This document shows, in pieces, positions 1 through 13,400 of a stretch of DNA of 64,000 nucleotides; within the stretch, counting starts at the first letter, position 1; the number at the start of each line of letters is the position of its first letter. The notes under the pieces are model-generated. The model made no database searches, was not told where the DNA came from, and saw only the letters and a program-made list of their open reading frames with translations. The translations under genes were made by a program, and so were the position numbers. Source of the DNA: Phoronis australis (taxonomy: Eukaryota > Animalia > Phoronida); assembly GCA_002633005.1 (NCBI GenBank), contig NMRA01000207.1, forward strand, positions 457,470 to 521,469, written 5' to 3'.

Positions 1-1644
1 TACAGATATTGTGAAAGGAAATATCAGACAAGTAAAAATTATACCAGCAATGGTGTCATTTAAATTGTGTGTATAAAACTAAAACTTAATTATTTATAAA
101 ACTTCCCCAAACAACAAAACTGTATAAAACGCCAAAAAACCTGCTATCAGTGACACCGTACAAAGGTAAAACATGTTATTTTGCAGATTCACAATTACAT
201 AGAAGCACATTTAGATAATTCTACATCGTTATTGCTGTTATAAAATAAGAGGATTTTTTGATTGTTTGTAGCAATGAACATATATATGGCCAAAAAAGCA
301 ATGTTGGTTCTCGTCTCTGTTTTGTTTTAATTGAATAAGTGATGTGGCATTTTTACTTGCCGACTTTTTCAAAAAGGACAAAAATCCACATGAGACGAGC
401 AAAAATGATACCGTAATACTTAATAATTTTTCTCATCACTTTGCAGTAATGGCGTTCCAAACCTTGTTTACCCTCACTTACATGGCTTTGTGCAGCTTTT
501 CAAAATAAAAAACAGACCTAAGATGAAATTGATGAAGGTGGGCATATTTCTGGGTTTTTTTAATTGATGAGCACACGTCTCAAAGGGAGTCAGGATATAG
601 ACAAAAATCAAAATGGTTTTTTAGCGTAACCACTTCAATAATAATTTTTGACAATAAACTTGTGTAAAATAACTGAAGAAGCAAGGTAGTTTGAAATAGA
701 TGCATTCAACAAAATGCTCCTATACGACATTAATTAAAACAAAGTTCTTTAAGAGACATTATCGGTAAGATAAGTAATTTTCTAAGATCAGCCTCAGCGT
801 GAAATCAAACCCGGAACTTCCAGGATTGCAGTCACAGGTAAACCCAACGAAATCAACAGATGACCATTTGAAGTGATAAAGTCATCATGGCCTTCTTGAT
901 TTCAGCAAATGTCTGACAGACAACATCCAGAAGTGGCAATTTGTAACAAAATGACATAAAAAAACAATGGAATTTGTTATAACAGTTCAATAACTGAGGT
1001 CAAAGCTAATGTTACCTAGAAGACTATCCTATCAAATAATAACACCTGTCCAAAAAATAAGTTCTTCAGTCGTAAAACCAGTAATGTCCTTATTACACAC
1101 CCACATCTTCCTAACATAGCAGTTTAGAGTATCAAGACAAAAGCAAGGCTTTTATGACATTTTACATGCCTGTAATTGTCAATAGGGGGAGTTGACAACT
1201 GTTACAACACAAACGCCCCAATAGAACCCAATGACTAGCTTTTAAACAAATGCTCATTACCTAAACAAAATGACATTTTGCTCAAGTCATGGAACGTGAA
1301 TAATCTTTACTGGCTATGAGTTAAAGACAATTAAGCGCTATACTATTCAACTCTGACCAATATTATTCAACTTGACCAACATTAATTTCTAAGGTTCTGG
1401 ATCTACCGCATCTTATCAAAGCATTCACACTAACTTTGCATAAGCTTGATAGTACCCCTGATAGACACTCATGTTTCACAACATTCATCAGAGAATTGTC
1501 ATGCGTGAACAAATCATGGAACATGTCTGCTTACATACAGTCTTACACAGCTGGTTAGCAAGAAGGCGAGGTTTTGTAGCTTGGAATTCAACGCTGCTAA
1601 AGATGACAGGCCTACAAAGCTTATTCAAGAATTATTAGAGGAGA

Positions 1645-1705
1645 AAATGTGGCGCAACGGTTTGAGCTTCAGACCCTAGGAGACCCTGGTTCAAACCCTG
1701 GCTTT
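1645..1705 (+). mobile_element. tRNA-derived SINE head fragment
   Basis: Pol III A box TGGCGCAACGG (1650) and B box GGTTCAAACCC (1688); no full cloverleaf. Confidence 0.45.
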
Positions 1706-3617
1706 ACTGGTAAACATTCGGGCATTGCATAGAGGTGTCTACAACTCTTCTGAGCTTTGTGAATGTGTGCAAGGAAGTGAATGAGAATCTGGATATAGTG
1801 TGAAAACTATTTCTGGCGGTATGCCAATATTGAAAATGATTATTAGCATGCCAGATTTATATTCCAATCGTCCTTTTCAGACAAACCAGTTAATGTTCAA
1901 AAAGGAGAAAGAAAATCAAAGCTTGTTAAATAAATATTAATATTAAACAGAGTGACGCATAATTAAATAGTAAAACCACAGGACCGTCACAGACACAGTG
2001 TTGAGTGACTGGCCGATGAAAACACATGACTGGTCAAGAGCACATCAGAAAATTAAAATCCGCAGCATAAAATTTATAAAGAAGAAGAGAAATATGAAGC
2101 AATTTACATATTACTTAACTAGTCTGGTAAATAAATTTGATTGAATGTGTATTCTATTGATTGGCCCAACATATAACTACTTAGTGATACACAACCTAAC
2201 TGTCTTAAACGAAATGGCCTTTTAATTTTGAAATCGTAGGTCACTTTAGACTATGCTTATTTCTAAATCATTGAGAAAAAACAAGCCCCCATACCAAGCA
2301 TTGATTTTGAACATGAGTGCCATTACATATGGGGAAAGTTATTACAGGCCGTGTAATATATTCATCGTTACAGAAACCAATTACTCTGTCTAAATAAGCT
2401 GAGCACAACCTAACACTTATGGTCATGTGACGCTGTGTGTGTTAAGCAAGCATGCAAGATGGTCTGTGAAACAAGAATCTTACTTTGGAATTTTTTCAGA
2501 AATGTTAATCGCATGATTGACAGTACAAGACAAAAGTAATCAGAACAAATGACTCCATTTTTGGTGACATAACAACTAATTCTGTTACCAGTAAAAGTGA
2601 CTGGTAAAAAATAAAAGAGAGGCAAAATTGTAATCACGGAATGACTCAACCATCTTACAAACTTGCCTGCTAATTCCCCTTCATTCTCAGTCATAAAGGG
2701 AGACAACTCTGGTGATGAAGTCGAATCTCATCCAGCCGTCATGACCAGGAATTCTGTATCATCCCTGAACACTTTTGACTTGTACTGTAGCAATGTTACT
2801 AAGTCAACTGTCACGCTGGTCTAGTAAGGTTTGTCATTCAAGTACATGACTCAGTGACAAACTGCATGCATCAGGGACATGTTTTCTGAAGATTCTATTT
2901 GGCTTTTTTTCTTTTATGACTTTCATCTAAAAATGAGTCTACAGATGGCTTAGCCCATTTTACAAAAACAGGCTAACACTGAAAGACATAAAATCAGTCT
3001 ACAACCCAAAGTCAAAGTACAAAAATCCAAACTCTGCAGGAATTGACAGAAGGCAAAACGTTTTGTAAAATGCAGAAGACAAAAAAAAAATAGTTTCTGA
3101 TGGTCTGTGGTCAGATTTTTGACTTTTGGCTAAAGTTAAATTTTAAATAAGACAAAAGATTGCCCCAAAAATAAGTCCCAGGTCTCTTATTCTTGCTTAT
3201 AAGCCATTTCTTCAAATGATATCCTACCTTTAAAAACACCACCATCACCATCATCATCACCATCGTCATTATCAAATGCATTGCACATACTTTTACTGTC
3301 ACTTAGGTACGCATTAGAAATCTGGAATTTGAGAATAAGTAAACATGATATTTTTGATAGTCAAGTCAAGTTTAACAAAACAACGAAAAGAAATGATACT
3401 AGGTGACAAAACATTCAAGACACTCAAAATATCATATTATTATTATTATCATCACATTTTTATCATATTATCTCCAACAAACCACCTGTCATCAAAATAT
3501 TGACCAAATCATACAACCATTAAATTCAAAGAAAGACATCATAATTGGTTAATCTATTGTAACTACCCATTACCAACTGATTAAAATATAATCAACTTCA
3601 AAATAATCTTGCCTTGA

Positions 3618-4285
3618 AGGCTTTTCCCACTGGCTCTGCTTAACTTCGGTTTGAATCAAAGTTAACAGTGCAAGTTAACTCCAAAGTAAAGAGGTGGATT
3701 TAACAGTGAAGCATCAATGCTTCGCTGCAATGGGAACACTTAACTTCTATGTCATAGGAGTTATCGGCAGGGTTTACTGCCACAACGGGCAATGACTGAT
3801 TTGCTAATATTAAGATTTTGTCCTACAGGCAATCATTATTTGCCAGGACAGTATAAGCATTCAATTTATCAACAGATTTGCAAGTTTTTTTACATTAAAT
3901 AATCCACTGAAGGTGTAGTGTATGCAAAACAAGTTCGCGCCACCCCATACCGCGTACGTTTGAATCAGCTGTTAGCCTGTTCATGAGCCAATTTTTTAAA
4001 GTCATTTTGTAGTACATCGTCATTGTCCCAACATGGCAACCGTTGGCTGCCTTGTAAGTTGATGATCTAATTCCCATCTGAGAAGACAGAGAGGCCTTTG
4101 CCATTCTTGATGGCAAGCACCATCAAAAGCAGCAAGGCCATACGACCAAAGGTCACATTAGCGCTGCCTTGCAATAACTACGCTGAACTATAACTGATGG
4201 GAACATTAACGCTTAACTTTGTGGTTATCCACAGTTAACATCGAAGCTTCAGTAGTAGCAAAGTTAACTGTATGGGAAAGAATCT
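3618..4285. mobile_element. Decayed MITE-like repeat; related inverted copy at ~15150-15565
   Basis: Ends AGGCTTTTCCCA..TGGGAAAGAATCT, with AGTTAAC-rich subrepeats shared with 15150-15565 (ending AGTGGGAAAGGCCT). Confidence 0.4.
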
Positions 4286-4302
4286 TTGATCAAGTCTATC
4301 AC

Positions 4303-4426
4303 CTGCTGTCTTCTAATAAGCAGTGTAACTGGTCCTGGAGGTAGGTCTCTCACCATCTCCTCTGCATGTTTGGGAGCGAGGATAGCAACGGATTGGCCAT
4401 TGATGCTCAGTATTTCATCTCCGCAT
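4303..4426 (-). CDS. PDZ gene exon 8 (end of PDZ3)
   Basis: cttttag acceptor; [41 protein letters not shown]; CAG|gtgata donor; phase 2 to 0. Confidence 0.8.
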
Positions 4427-7400
4427 CTAAAAGACCAATGATAATCGTTATTAATGTTACTAACAATATTCTACATGGACATTTGCAAGTTGGAACCAGA
4501 AAACTATATTCATATGTTAGCCACTTCTACAATTGCATTGAAGGGTTTGACATAAGAGTCACAAAGAAAAATTTGAGGTTATCAAATTAAGCAAGAGCAA
4601 TTTCGGGACGATGGCGCATCGCAAATGATGTATTTCTAGGGGCCAATAAGAAGTGTAGCAGTGGTCAAATAGGCCGGAAATCAAATGGTTGCTGGCGCAT
4701 TAAAATTCGTCGATCAGTTCTTTGGAAATCTTACGCAAACATTCTTCCCCCTATATAACACTTGAAAAGCCCTTCGTCAAGAACAAAGTGAACCACTAGG
4801 AAGCACTGTAGTGGTCAAATTTGCCCGAAAATCAAAAAGTGCCAGCGCATTATTCTTGTATACACCTGTATTAAGTTTCACTGAAATCCGTCGGTTCTTT
4901 AGATAGCGTGAGGAATCACTGTTCTGCCAAAGAACATTTGAAAAGCACCTTGACAAGAACAACATGGCCACTAGATGGAGCTGCAGTGGTTAAATCAGCC
5001 AAGAACTTTAAAGATGCTGGCTCTGTTTCAAGTTTCCTTAAAATCCGTCAACTAATTTCAATACATCACCTGAAAACGCTCTTCTCCAAAATGGCCACTA
5101 GGAAGTGCCGTAGTGATTAAATTTGCCCGAAAATTAAATGCTTCCAGCGCATTTGTATCGCACACATCTGTGTAAGTTTCATTAAAATCTGTCCGTCCAT
5201 TCTCTAGATCATCCATAAATGGTTTTCCTCGAAATAAAACACGCCCCTGAAACCAGGGGTGAGGGAAATTGAAAAGTGTCATACATTGTTTCAGTGATGC
5301 CCAACACCCTTACGTCAAATTTCATCAAAATCCGATCAGGGGGTTTCGAGATATCAGGCAGACACCCAGACAGCCGGACAACATAACAACCGGACAAAGT
5401 GATGACAATATGTGACCACTTGATGTGGGCGCATAAAAATGATTCATCTTGTTGTTACAATTGTATTACATTCAAAGGGACTTTCAAAATTTGTATGTCA
5501 CCTTCTCTGAGCAAAACTTGACAAACGCTTCTATGACGCCATTGAATTCACTCAAGGTCAGGCTCCTTGAGTGTAAATAGTGGGACACTCACATTAACAG
5601 TTGTCTGGCCACAGAGGTTGGCGACAGGTCTCGCACCAACAGCGCACATTGATTGGATGACAGTCTACACGTAACAGCTACACCTAGACCAACGCCATCT
5701 TCTGAAAAGTGAAAAACAAACGACTTGTCTCATTTTCAAAATAAACTAGACTTTTTCAGAACTCTACCAGATTCTGCCAAACTTGGATATATCTTGTCAG
5801 ACGTATATGGCAGTCTAGTCAAAATTTTGTTGCAATAAAATGTGTTTTTTTGTCAAACATAGGAGTTTATGCAACGTAAGTGCGCCTAGCCTCTACTTGA
5901 TACGTATTGGCGAGACGCCTGAATGGAGCAACACCTGTCGAGATTTTGTCATGATTTAGCTAGAATTGAAGCGGGTGCTTGCCCAACATTAAGGACATTG
6001 ACTCATGATCTTGTATATTGAACCCTGTCAAATTTCGACGTTATCCAGTTTATATTGACAACTACTGCATTATGTGAAAAATACACATCAAAACGTTGAA
6101 GTTGTGTTTTATTAGTCATTAAGTCTCAGCTGTACTGCTATACCGACATCAGCTCACAGCGTTGGGTGACTGCAAATGGAGACAAACAAAATTTTGTTAA
6201 AACAAACAAGAACTGGATTAAATCAAGTGCAAAATTACGACAAATTGGTAAATTGGCTCTATCGATCTCTCTCTGAGGCAAGAAAGGATTTTTTACAAAG
6301 GAGAGCAGACGAAACGCAATCTTAGGTGATGTTTTTTCATTTTATTACTAGTTAAATTATAGGTTGATCAATGCAATGTATCACATCAATCACTTGAAAG
6401 AACTCTGTGTGCTTGGAGTGTGTAATACAATGTTGACCCTTAATATAAAACAAGAGCAACGCGGAGAGCTGAAATGCACCTATGAAGGCAACGCAAACGA
6501 TGTGCTTCTAGGGGTGTTTATTCGTATCACAGAAATGGCCACTAGATGGTGCAAAATAAGTCGAATCCATCCGAAAACAGGAACTTGTAATTGCTTCTTT
6601 AATAGAAAATAATCCGTTATTGAACTTCAGATAAACAGAGGAAAACGGAAAATAATGAAATTGCCACTAGGGGCTATGGGCACAAAAAAAAAACATAACT
6701 ACCACTAGGAGATGCCACAGTAGTCGCATGGATAACATCACTTCACTAATAGAAGCCTCTTGCCAAATTTTATTGAAATCCGATGAGGAACTTTGAAGAT
6801 ACAAACGTAAGGTAAACGTAAAAAACAAATTGCCACTAGGGGGCACACCAGTAGTCTGATCCACCTGAATGCCGCTGTCATCCGTTGTCAACTTCATATA
6901 AATGCATTTGCTAAATTTAATATAGATCCTGCTGTGCATTTAGAGACATGGGAACAAAAACAAACAAAACTGCCACTAGGATGCACCACAGTATTTGAAG
7001 TCATCAGAAAATCACCGTCACTTGTCTTCTTCACAATAGAAACATACATGCCAATTTTCACAATCATCCTTAGAGTGGTTTGGTTGACAGAGGGGCGGAC
7101 GCCAAAAAACAGACTCGAAAACAGTACAAATCCCAACTAGGTTGCGCAAAATATCTTGAATCCATCCGAAAACAAGAGGATAGCGTCATCTCATTGATAG
7201 ATGCCTAACTGACAAATTTTATGAAAATCTGTTGAGGACCTTCACAGAAACAGAGGTAAACGTTAAAAAAATTGCCAGTAGGGGGCACAACTGTAGTCTG
7301 ATAGGTCCTAAATTCGTCGTCATCCGTTGTCAGCTTCATCAAAATCCTGTGAAGCGTTTAAGAGATACAGCTGGGGACGCCAAACATCCAGACAGAGATG

Positions 7401-10400
7401 ATGGCGATGTGCCGCCACATAAAAATGTGTGGGTGCATAATGACTATTTTTGGTGTTAACCAATGACTGATTAGACACCATTAGATATAAATGAAACAAA
7501 CTGAAAATTTTACCGTATACCCAGACCTCTAACTGATAAGTTGAGGAACAATCCACTTTAAAATACAAGGTCAACACTTATCAGATAACACTGCGAAATT
7601 AGACATGCCTCGATGACAAACAATAAATTATTGATTACAGTTACAACAAAATTTAAAAGTTACACTTACAGTAAAAACTTTTCATGATCGGAAATTTTTA
7701 AAAGCTTTAGAGAGTTAACTCGAAACAAAATTTTTAAGTAAGGGCTCAAATTTTTCAGAATTTAGACCTTTTAAAAAGATTCATTTGTTGAATTTTGGTA
7801 TTTCTTGCCTTTTTAGTGGACTTTTGTCCTGTTTTCTACTTTTTTGGAGTTTTTGTTTCTCTGAGACGAGCCCCCGGAGTCATTCCTGAGTGCACGCATG
7901 TGATAGCGGTAATTAAAGAAATACCAAATGAATTGAAAAGAGAATTCACCTATCAAATCAAAAGCTGTAGAAGTAATATCTTGATTTTAGACAAGCTTCA
8001 GGGTATTAAACTGATGAGATTTTTGAACCGTTAACACTTGAGACGCTAACAACCCATATGATTTTCTGCTCAATATATGCAAAACAAACACAATACATCA
8101 GATTCTGTTCACTCTCCGAACAACTAGTTCACTCTAGATCTCTGTAAACAAGAAAGGTTTTTTACAAAATGCCAATGAAATAAACTAGGTCTGGAATACT
8201 ACACCTTTAAATAAAACTAGGAATACACCTTTAAATAAAACTAGGAATACTACACCTTTAAATAAAACTAGGAATACCACACCTTTAAATAAAACCACTT
8301 CTGTCAAGTATGACACCACATTTTGATTGCCATTCACTTCAGAATTGCATCTGAAATAAAACACGAAGTGATTAACACAAACGGAATACAGATTTCTCTC
8401 ATTAGTACAATCCGGCTGCAGCTCTTAATTCAAATCAGCTTCCTTTGACAGCCTTTTTAATATATTTCAAATTACCATTTAACAAGGCTTGCATTTCAAC
8501 AGCACGTGATTATGTAATATTCTCTGATAATTGAACTGCTACTAATGACGACTCAGCAATCAGGTGTAATTACAGTGATGAATACATTTCCAATTATTTC
8601 CTGATTTATTCTCACCGTACGGTCCATGATTAATCATTTCACTTCTGCAAACTCTGACTTTAAGGATAACGACAGTTGATGAATTCTTCCCAATTCCAGA
8701 ATTGTTTTTAAACAGTCGTTTTTTTCTTCAGGAACTTTTAATGCCGTTTCCATGTATTGTGAAATTCCACGAATATTTCAGGAATATTTGTGATCAATTC
8801 CACAAATGGCTGTGTCCCTAAAGGATTCATAATACCAGAAAGTTATGTCGACCCTATTGGCAGACACTGACACTACACATTCTGCGCAACAATTCTTGAC
8901 TTTCCAGTCGGTCAACATGTTTTTTTCATCATAACATTTTCGGGGTCTAGAAGCCAAGATAATGACCCCCAGGAATGTCACTTATAATAATAACAATAAC
9001 GATGATAGAGATGGTGATGGTGATAAAATAATAAATCATGCATAAGTTAATTGTAGAGTGCTTCTATGAGTGGCAAGATAGGATTAAAAAAAGATACCAC
9101 TCGTGTCAAAACTAGACAAAATTCTATATGACCATGATCGTTTTGTGAAATTTGACAGGTTACAACTTTAAATCAATTACAGTAGAGAGCAGGATGTACG
9201 ATGTTATCAGCTGAAACATCGACTTCTTTGAAACTGCCAAGGTGTGTGGCAATTTTGCTAATTTACATTAAACGTGATTTACCAGACAGCTTGCTTCCTA
9301 GCTCAAGGACCACACAGGCCACACATGTAAGTGAGAAAATGAAACTTCTTGTGAGAATAAAATGTAATAAGTGAAAAAAATCATAAAAGAAAGAATTGCA
9401 CTGCACAAGAAAGAAAGTACAACTTGTGAAAAAAATTGTAGTCGTGTCAACTGAAGACCTGTTTTAGAACACAAGATGACTGACAAATAATAAGGAAAGT
9501 CTGATTTTTTCACTTTTACCATTGTAGAAGATAAGAAGCATGGAATCAAATATTGTTCTTAACCTTTGCACCATGGCTGTCATCAGCCAATGAAGTGAGG
9601 AATGAAGGGCAATCACAACAAAAAATGAACATTAATAAATAGAATGATTATTCCGACTGAAACTGGTGTCATTTTATCAAGCTACATCAAATACATAGTA
9701 CTCACTTCTCAGACACACTCAGTGTTTCAAAAGTTTTTGATAACGGTGATATCACAGATGGACTCGTCTCCGACGAATGACTTGCATATGAAGGCTCCGA
9801 TGATTGGCTGGGACGTGATGTCTCAGATGACTGACACGGATAGAACGATGAAGAGGATGAGGAAAGGAGACTCGAGGCGGAACTCTTGGTCTTTGACAAG
9901 CGTCGTCTCTGAAAACCAAGGCAGACGTTACACTCAGAATATTTTAAGCTTTAATGAAGGACGTTTGAAAAATGTCCAAATTTGGATTATGGAACATCCT
10001 ATCTCAGAAATGGCTGATGGAATTCATATGAAACTTGCAGATACAGCACTATGCTTTATGCACAGTTCTTCAAAAACGCATTTAGAGATCATTGTTTTTA
10101 AATGTCTTGCTTTTACGCAAGAGGCTATCAAAAATAAGACTTCNTTGCATCTGAAATAAAATACGAAGTGATTAACACAAACGGAATACAGATTTCTCTC
10201 ATTAGTACAATCCGGCTGTAGCTCTTAATTCAAATCAGCTTCCTTTGACAGCCTTTTCAATATATTTCAAATTACCTTTTAACGAGGCTTGCATTTCAGC
10301 AGCACGTAATTATGTAATATTCTCTAATAATTGAACTGCTACTAATGATGACTCAGCAATTATGTGGAATTATGTTGATGAATATATTTCCACTTATTTC

Positions 10401-13400
10401 CTGATTCATTCTCACCGTACGGTCCATGATTAATGGTAATTTCACTTCTGCAAACTCTGACTTTAAGGATTGCATTAGTTGATGAATTCTTCCCAATTCC
10501 AGAATTATACTTAAACAGTCGTTTTTTTCTTCAGGAACTTTTAATGCCGTTTCCATGTATTGTGAAATTCCACGTCAATATTTCAGGAATATTTGTGATC
10601 AATTTCACAAATGGCCGGGTCCCTAAAGGATTCATTAAATACCAGAAAGTTATGTCGATCCTATTGGCAGACACTGACACTACACAGTCTGCACAACAAT
10701 TCTTGACTTTCCAGTCGGTCAACATGTTTTTTTCATCATAACATTTTCGGGGTCTAGAAGCCAAGACACTGACCCCCAGGAATGTCACTTATAATAATAA
10801 TAATGATGATAGAGATGGTGATAAAATAATAAATCATGCATAAGTTAATTGTAGAGTGCTTCTATGAGTGGCAAGATAGGATTAAAAAAAGATACGATTC
10901 GTGTCAAAACTAGGCATAAAAAATTCTATATGACCATGATCGTTTTTGTGAAATTTGACAGGTTATAACTTTAAATCAATTACAGTAGAGAGCAGGATGT
11001 ACGATGTTATCAGCTGAAACATTGACTTCTTTGAAACTTCCAAGGTGTGTGGCAATTTTGCTAATTTACATTAAACTTGATTTACCAGACAGCTTGCCTT
11101 CCTAGCTCAAGGACCACACAGGCCACACATGTTAGTGAGAAAATGAAACTTCTTGTGAGAATAAAATGTAATAAGTGAAAAAATCATAAAAGAAAGAATT
11201 GCACTGCACAAGAAAGAAAGTACAACTTGTGAAAAAATTGTAGTCGTGTCAACTTAAGACCTGTTTTAGAACACAAGATGACAGACAAATAATAAGGAAA
11301 GTCTGATTTTTTCACTTTTACCATAGAAGATAAGAAGCATGGAATCAAATATTGTTCTTAACCTTTGCACCATGGCTGTCAACACCCAATGAAGTGAGGA
11401 ATTAAGGGCAATCACAACAAAGAAATGAACATTAATTATAGAATGATTATTCCGACTGAAACTGGTGTCATTTTATCAAGCTACATCAAATACATAGTAC
11501 TCACTTCTCAGACACACTCAGTGTTTCAAAAGTTTTTGATAACGGTGATATCACAGATGGACTCGTCTCCGACGACTGACTTGCATATGAAGGCTCCGAT
11601 GATTGGCTGGGACGTGATGTCTCAGATGACTGACACGGATAGAACGATGAAGAGGATGAGGAAAGGAGACTCGAGGCGGAACTCTTGGTCTTTGACAAGC
11701 GTCGTCTCTGAAAACCAAGGCAGACGTTACACTCAGAATATTTTAAGCTTTAATGAAGGACGTTTGAAAAATGTCCAAATTTGGATTATGGAACATCCTA
11801 TCTCAGAAATGGCTGATGGAATTCATATGAAACTTGCAGATACAGCACTATGCTTTATGCACAGTTCTTCAAAAACGCATTTAGAGATCATTGTTTTTAA
11901 ATGTCTTGCTTTTACGAAAGAGGCTATCAAAAATAAGACTTCTACGATTTCCACGGAAAAAAATGTTACATAAAACAAAGTGATACTTTTAGAAAATTTT
12001 AATAGTACAGCATTTTTGAGACTTCATCTTAAGCATTTGTTTGGCTATGAAATGAATGAAACTAATTATTTTTTGTGATAACAATTATTAAAAAAATATC
12101 GTCATGTGACCCAATTAATGGCAGTTTGGTAAAAGTAGAAAAGCAAATTTTAAAGCCTTTCTACTTTCAGAGAATATATAGACTCTCACAGAGTTAAAAC
12201 CTAAAGTTTTGTAGACGATTGGCTAATTACGCCGACTTGCCAGCAAGGCCCTACATAATCTTAATAAAATATGATGTCACACTGGTGTGGCAACACGGTT
12301 AGTTAAATGTATAACTTATCATAGAACAAATTAATTGAACAGTCACAAAGATGAGAAAACAATAAGGACACTTCTTCTATTATGTAGTGGTGGAAATGTT
12401 GATAGATACTAACTTGTAAAGAGAGCAATTCTTCCCGTCATTAAGCCATTAATTATAGTACAATCTGACACATTATACAAGATCAGACTGGTGTCAGTTA
12501 GCGAGAACATCCATAAAATCCTCGAAATCAAAATAAAGTTAATATTAAACACAACATGCTCAAATTGTAACAATGACTACAAAATAACTAAACTATACAC
12601 AATGCACAGACTACCAGTCCTATTCATCATATACAATGCATAGACTACCACGCAGTCCCTATTAATCATACAGCTGATGTTACGTTCTCGACGTCTGCAA
12701 CAAGATTCGTCTAACCCAAATATCCTCTGGCGCATGGTGATTTTTGTTTCTTGATATGGTAAAACCTCTCCAATTTCTGACAAAAATATTCGCCAAAATT
12801 GCCCTTTTTTCATTTTTCAAGGGCTTCTCGCATTGTTGCATGAGGCTGTAAATTGTCAGAATATTGTCTGGTGGTATCGGTGATACAGAGTTTAAGAAAA
12901 ACCTCCATTTGATGGTAAATTATATAATCTATGAAAAAAATGAGACAACGAAATCTCACTTGTCCGCCATTTTGCATCTTACATAGGTGAGAATTTACCC
13001 TAATTAAAAGTGTAACATTTATTGACACTACCTGTGTAGTAATGATGGATGGACATAATGATGACAAAACATTCTAATGCAAGAACAGAAATAATAATTA
13101 AATTGGCGCAAGTGCAAACTTATCTCATAGCATGAAGGAGAGACTGGCTGTTAAAGCCCATGCAAGGAGCTTATTAACTACTTGCAGATATGAGAAAAAC
13201 CAACAGGAAGAAAAAAGTACCACCAAATGAGGTGAAAGTGAACATCTCTCCTGCTATAATAGTGGACATCTCTCCTGCTATAATAGTGGACATCTCTCCT
13301 GCTATAATAGTGGACATCTCTCCTGCTAAAATAGTGGACATCTCTCCTGTTATAATAGTGAACATCTCTCCTGCTATAATCTACAATCAAACCAACTGGG

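Larger units (their letters stand above)
8345..11942. repeat. 1.8-kb direct tandem duplication (8345-10143 / 10145-11942) joined at an N
   Basis: Both copies start TTGCATCTGAAATAAAA and end AAAATAAGACTTC. They differ by scattered substitutions and small indels. N at 10144. Confidence 0.95.

Noticed and set aside
2850-2927. Possible terminal exon of the PDZ gene (tttttag|MKSHKRKK..VCH*)
   Set aside because: Phase-compatible but has no motif support, and several alternative acceptors lie nearby; cannot be supported without transcripts.
10531-10788. Minus-strand [18 protein letters not shown].. as an extra exon
   Set aside because: Frameshifted between the two duplicate copies, and the phase-compatible frame stops after ~11 codons. 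Exon 8283-8350 fits the PDZ domain better.
9644-11973. Plus-strand 171/182-aa ORFs in the duplication
   Set aside because: Antisense shadows of PDZ exon 5 running into a dispersed repeat; no recognisable domain.
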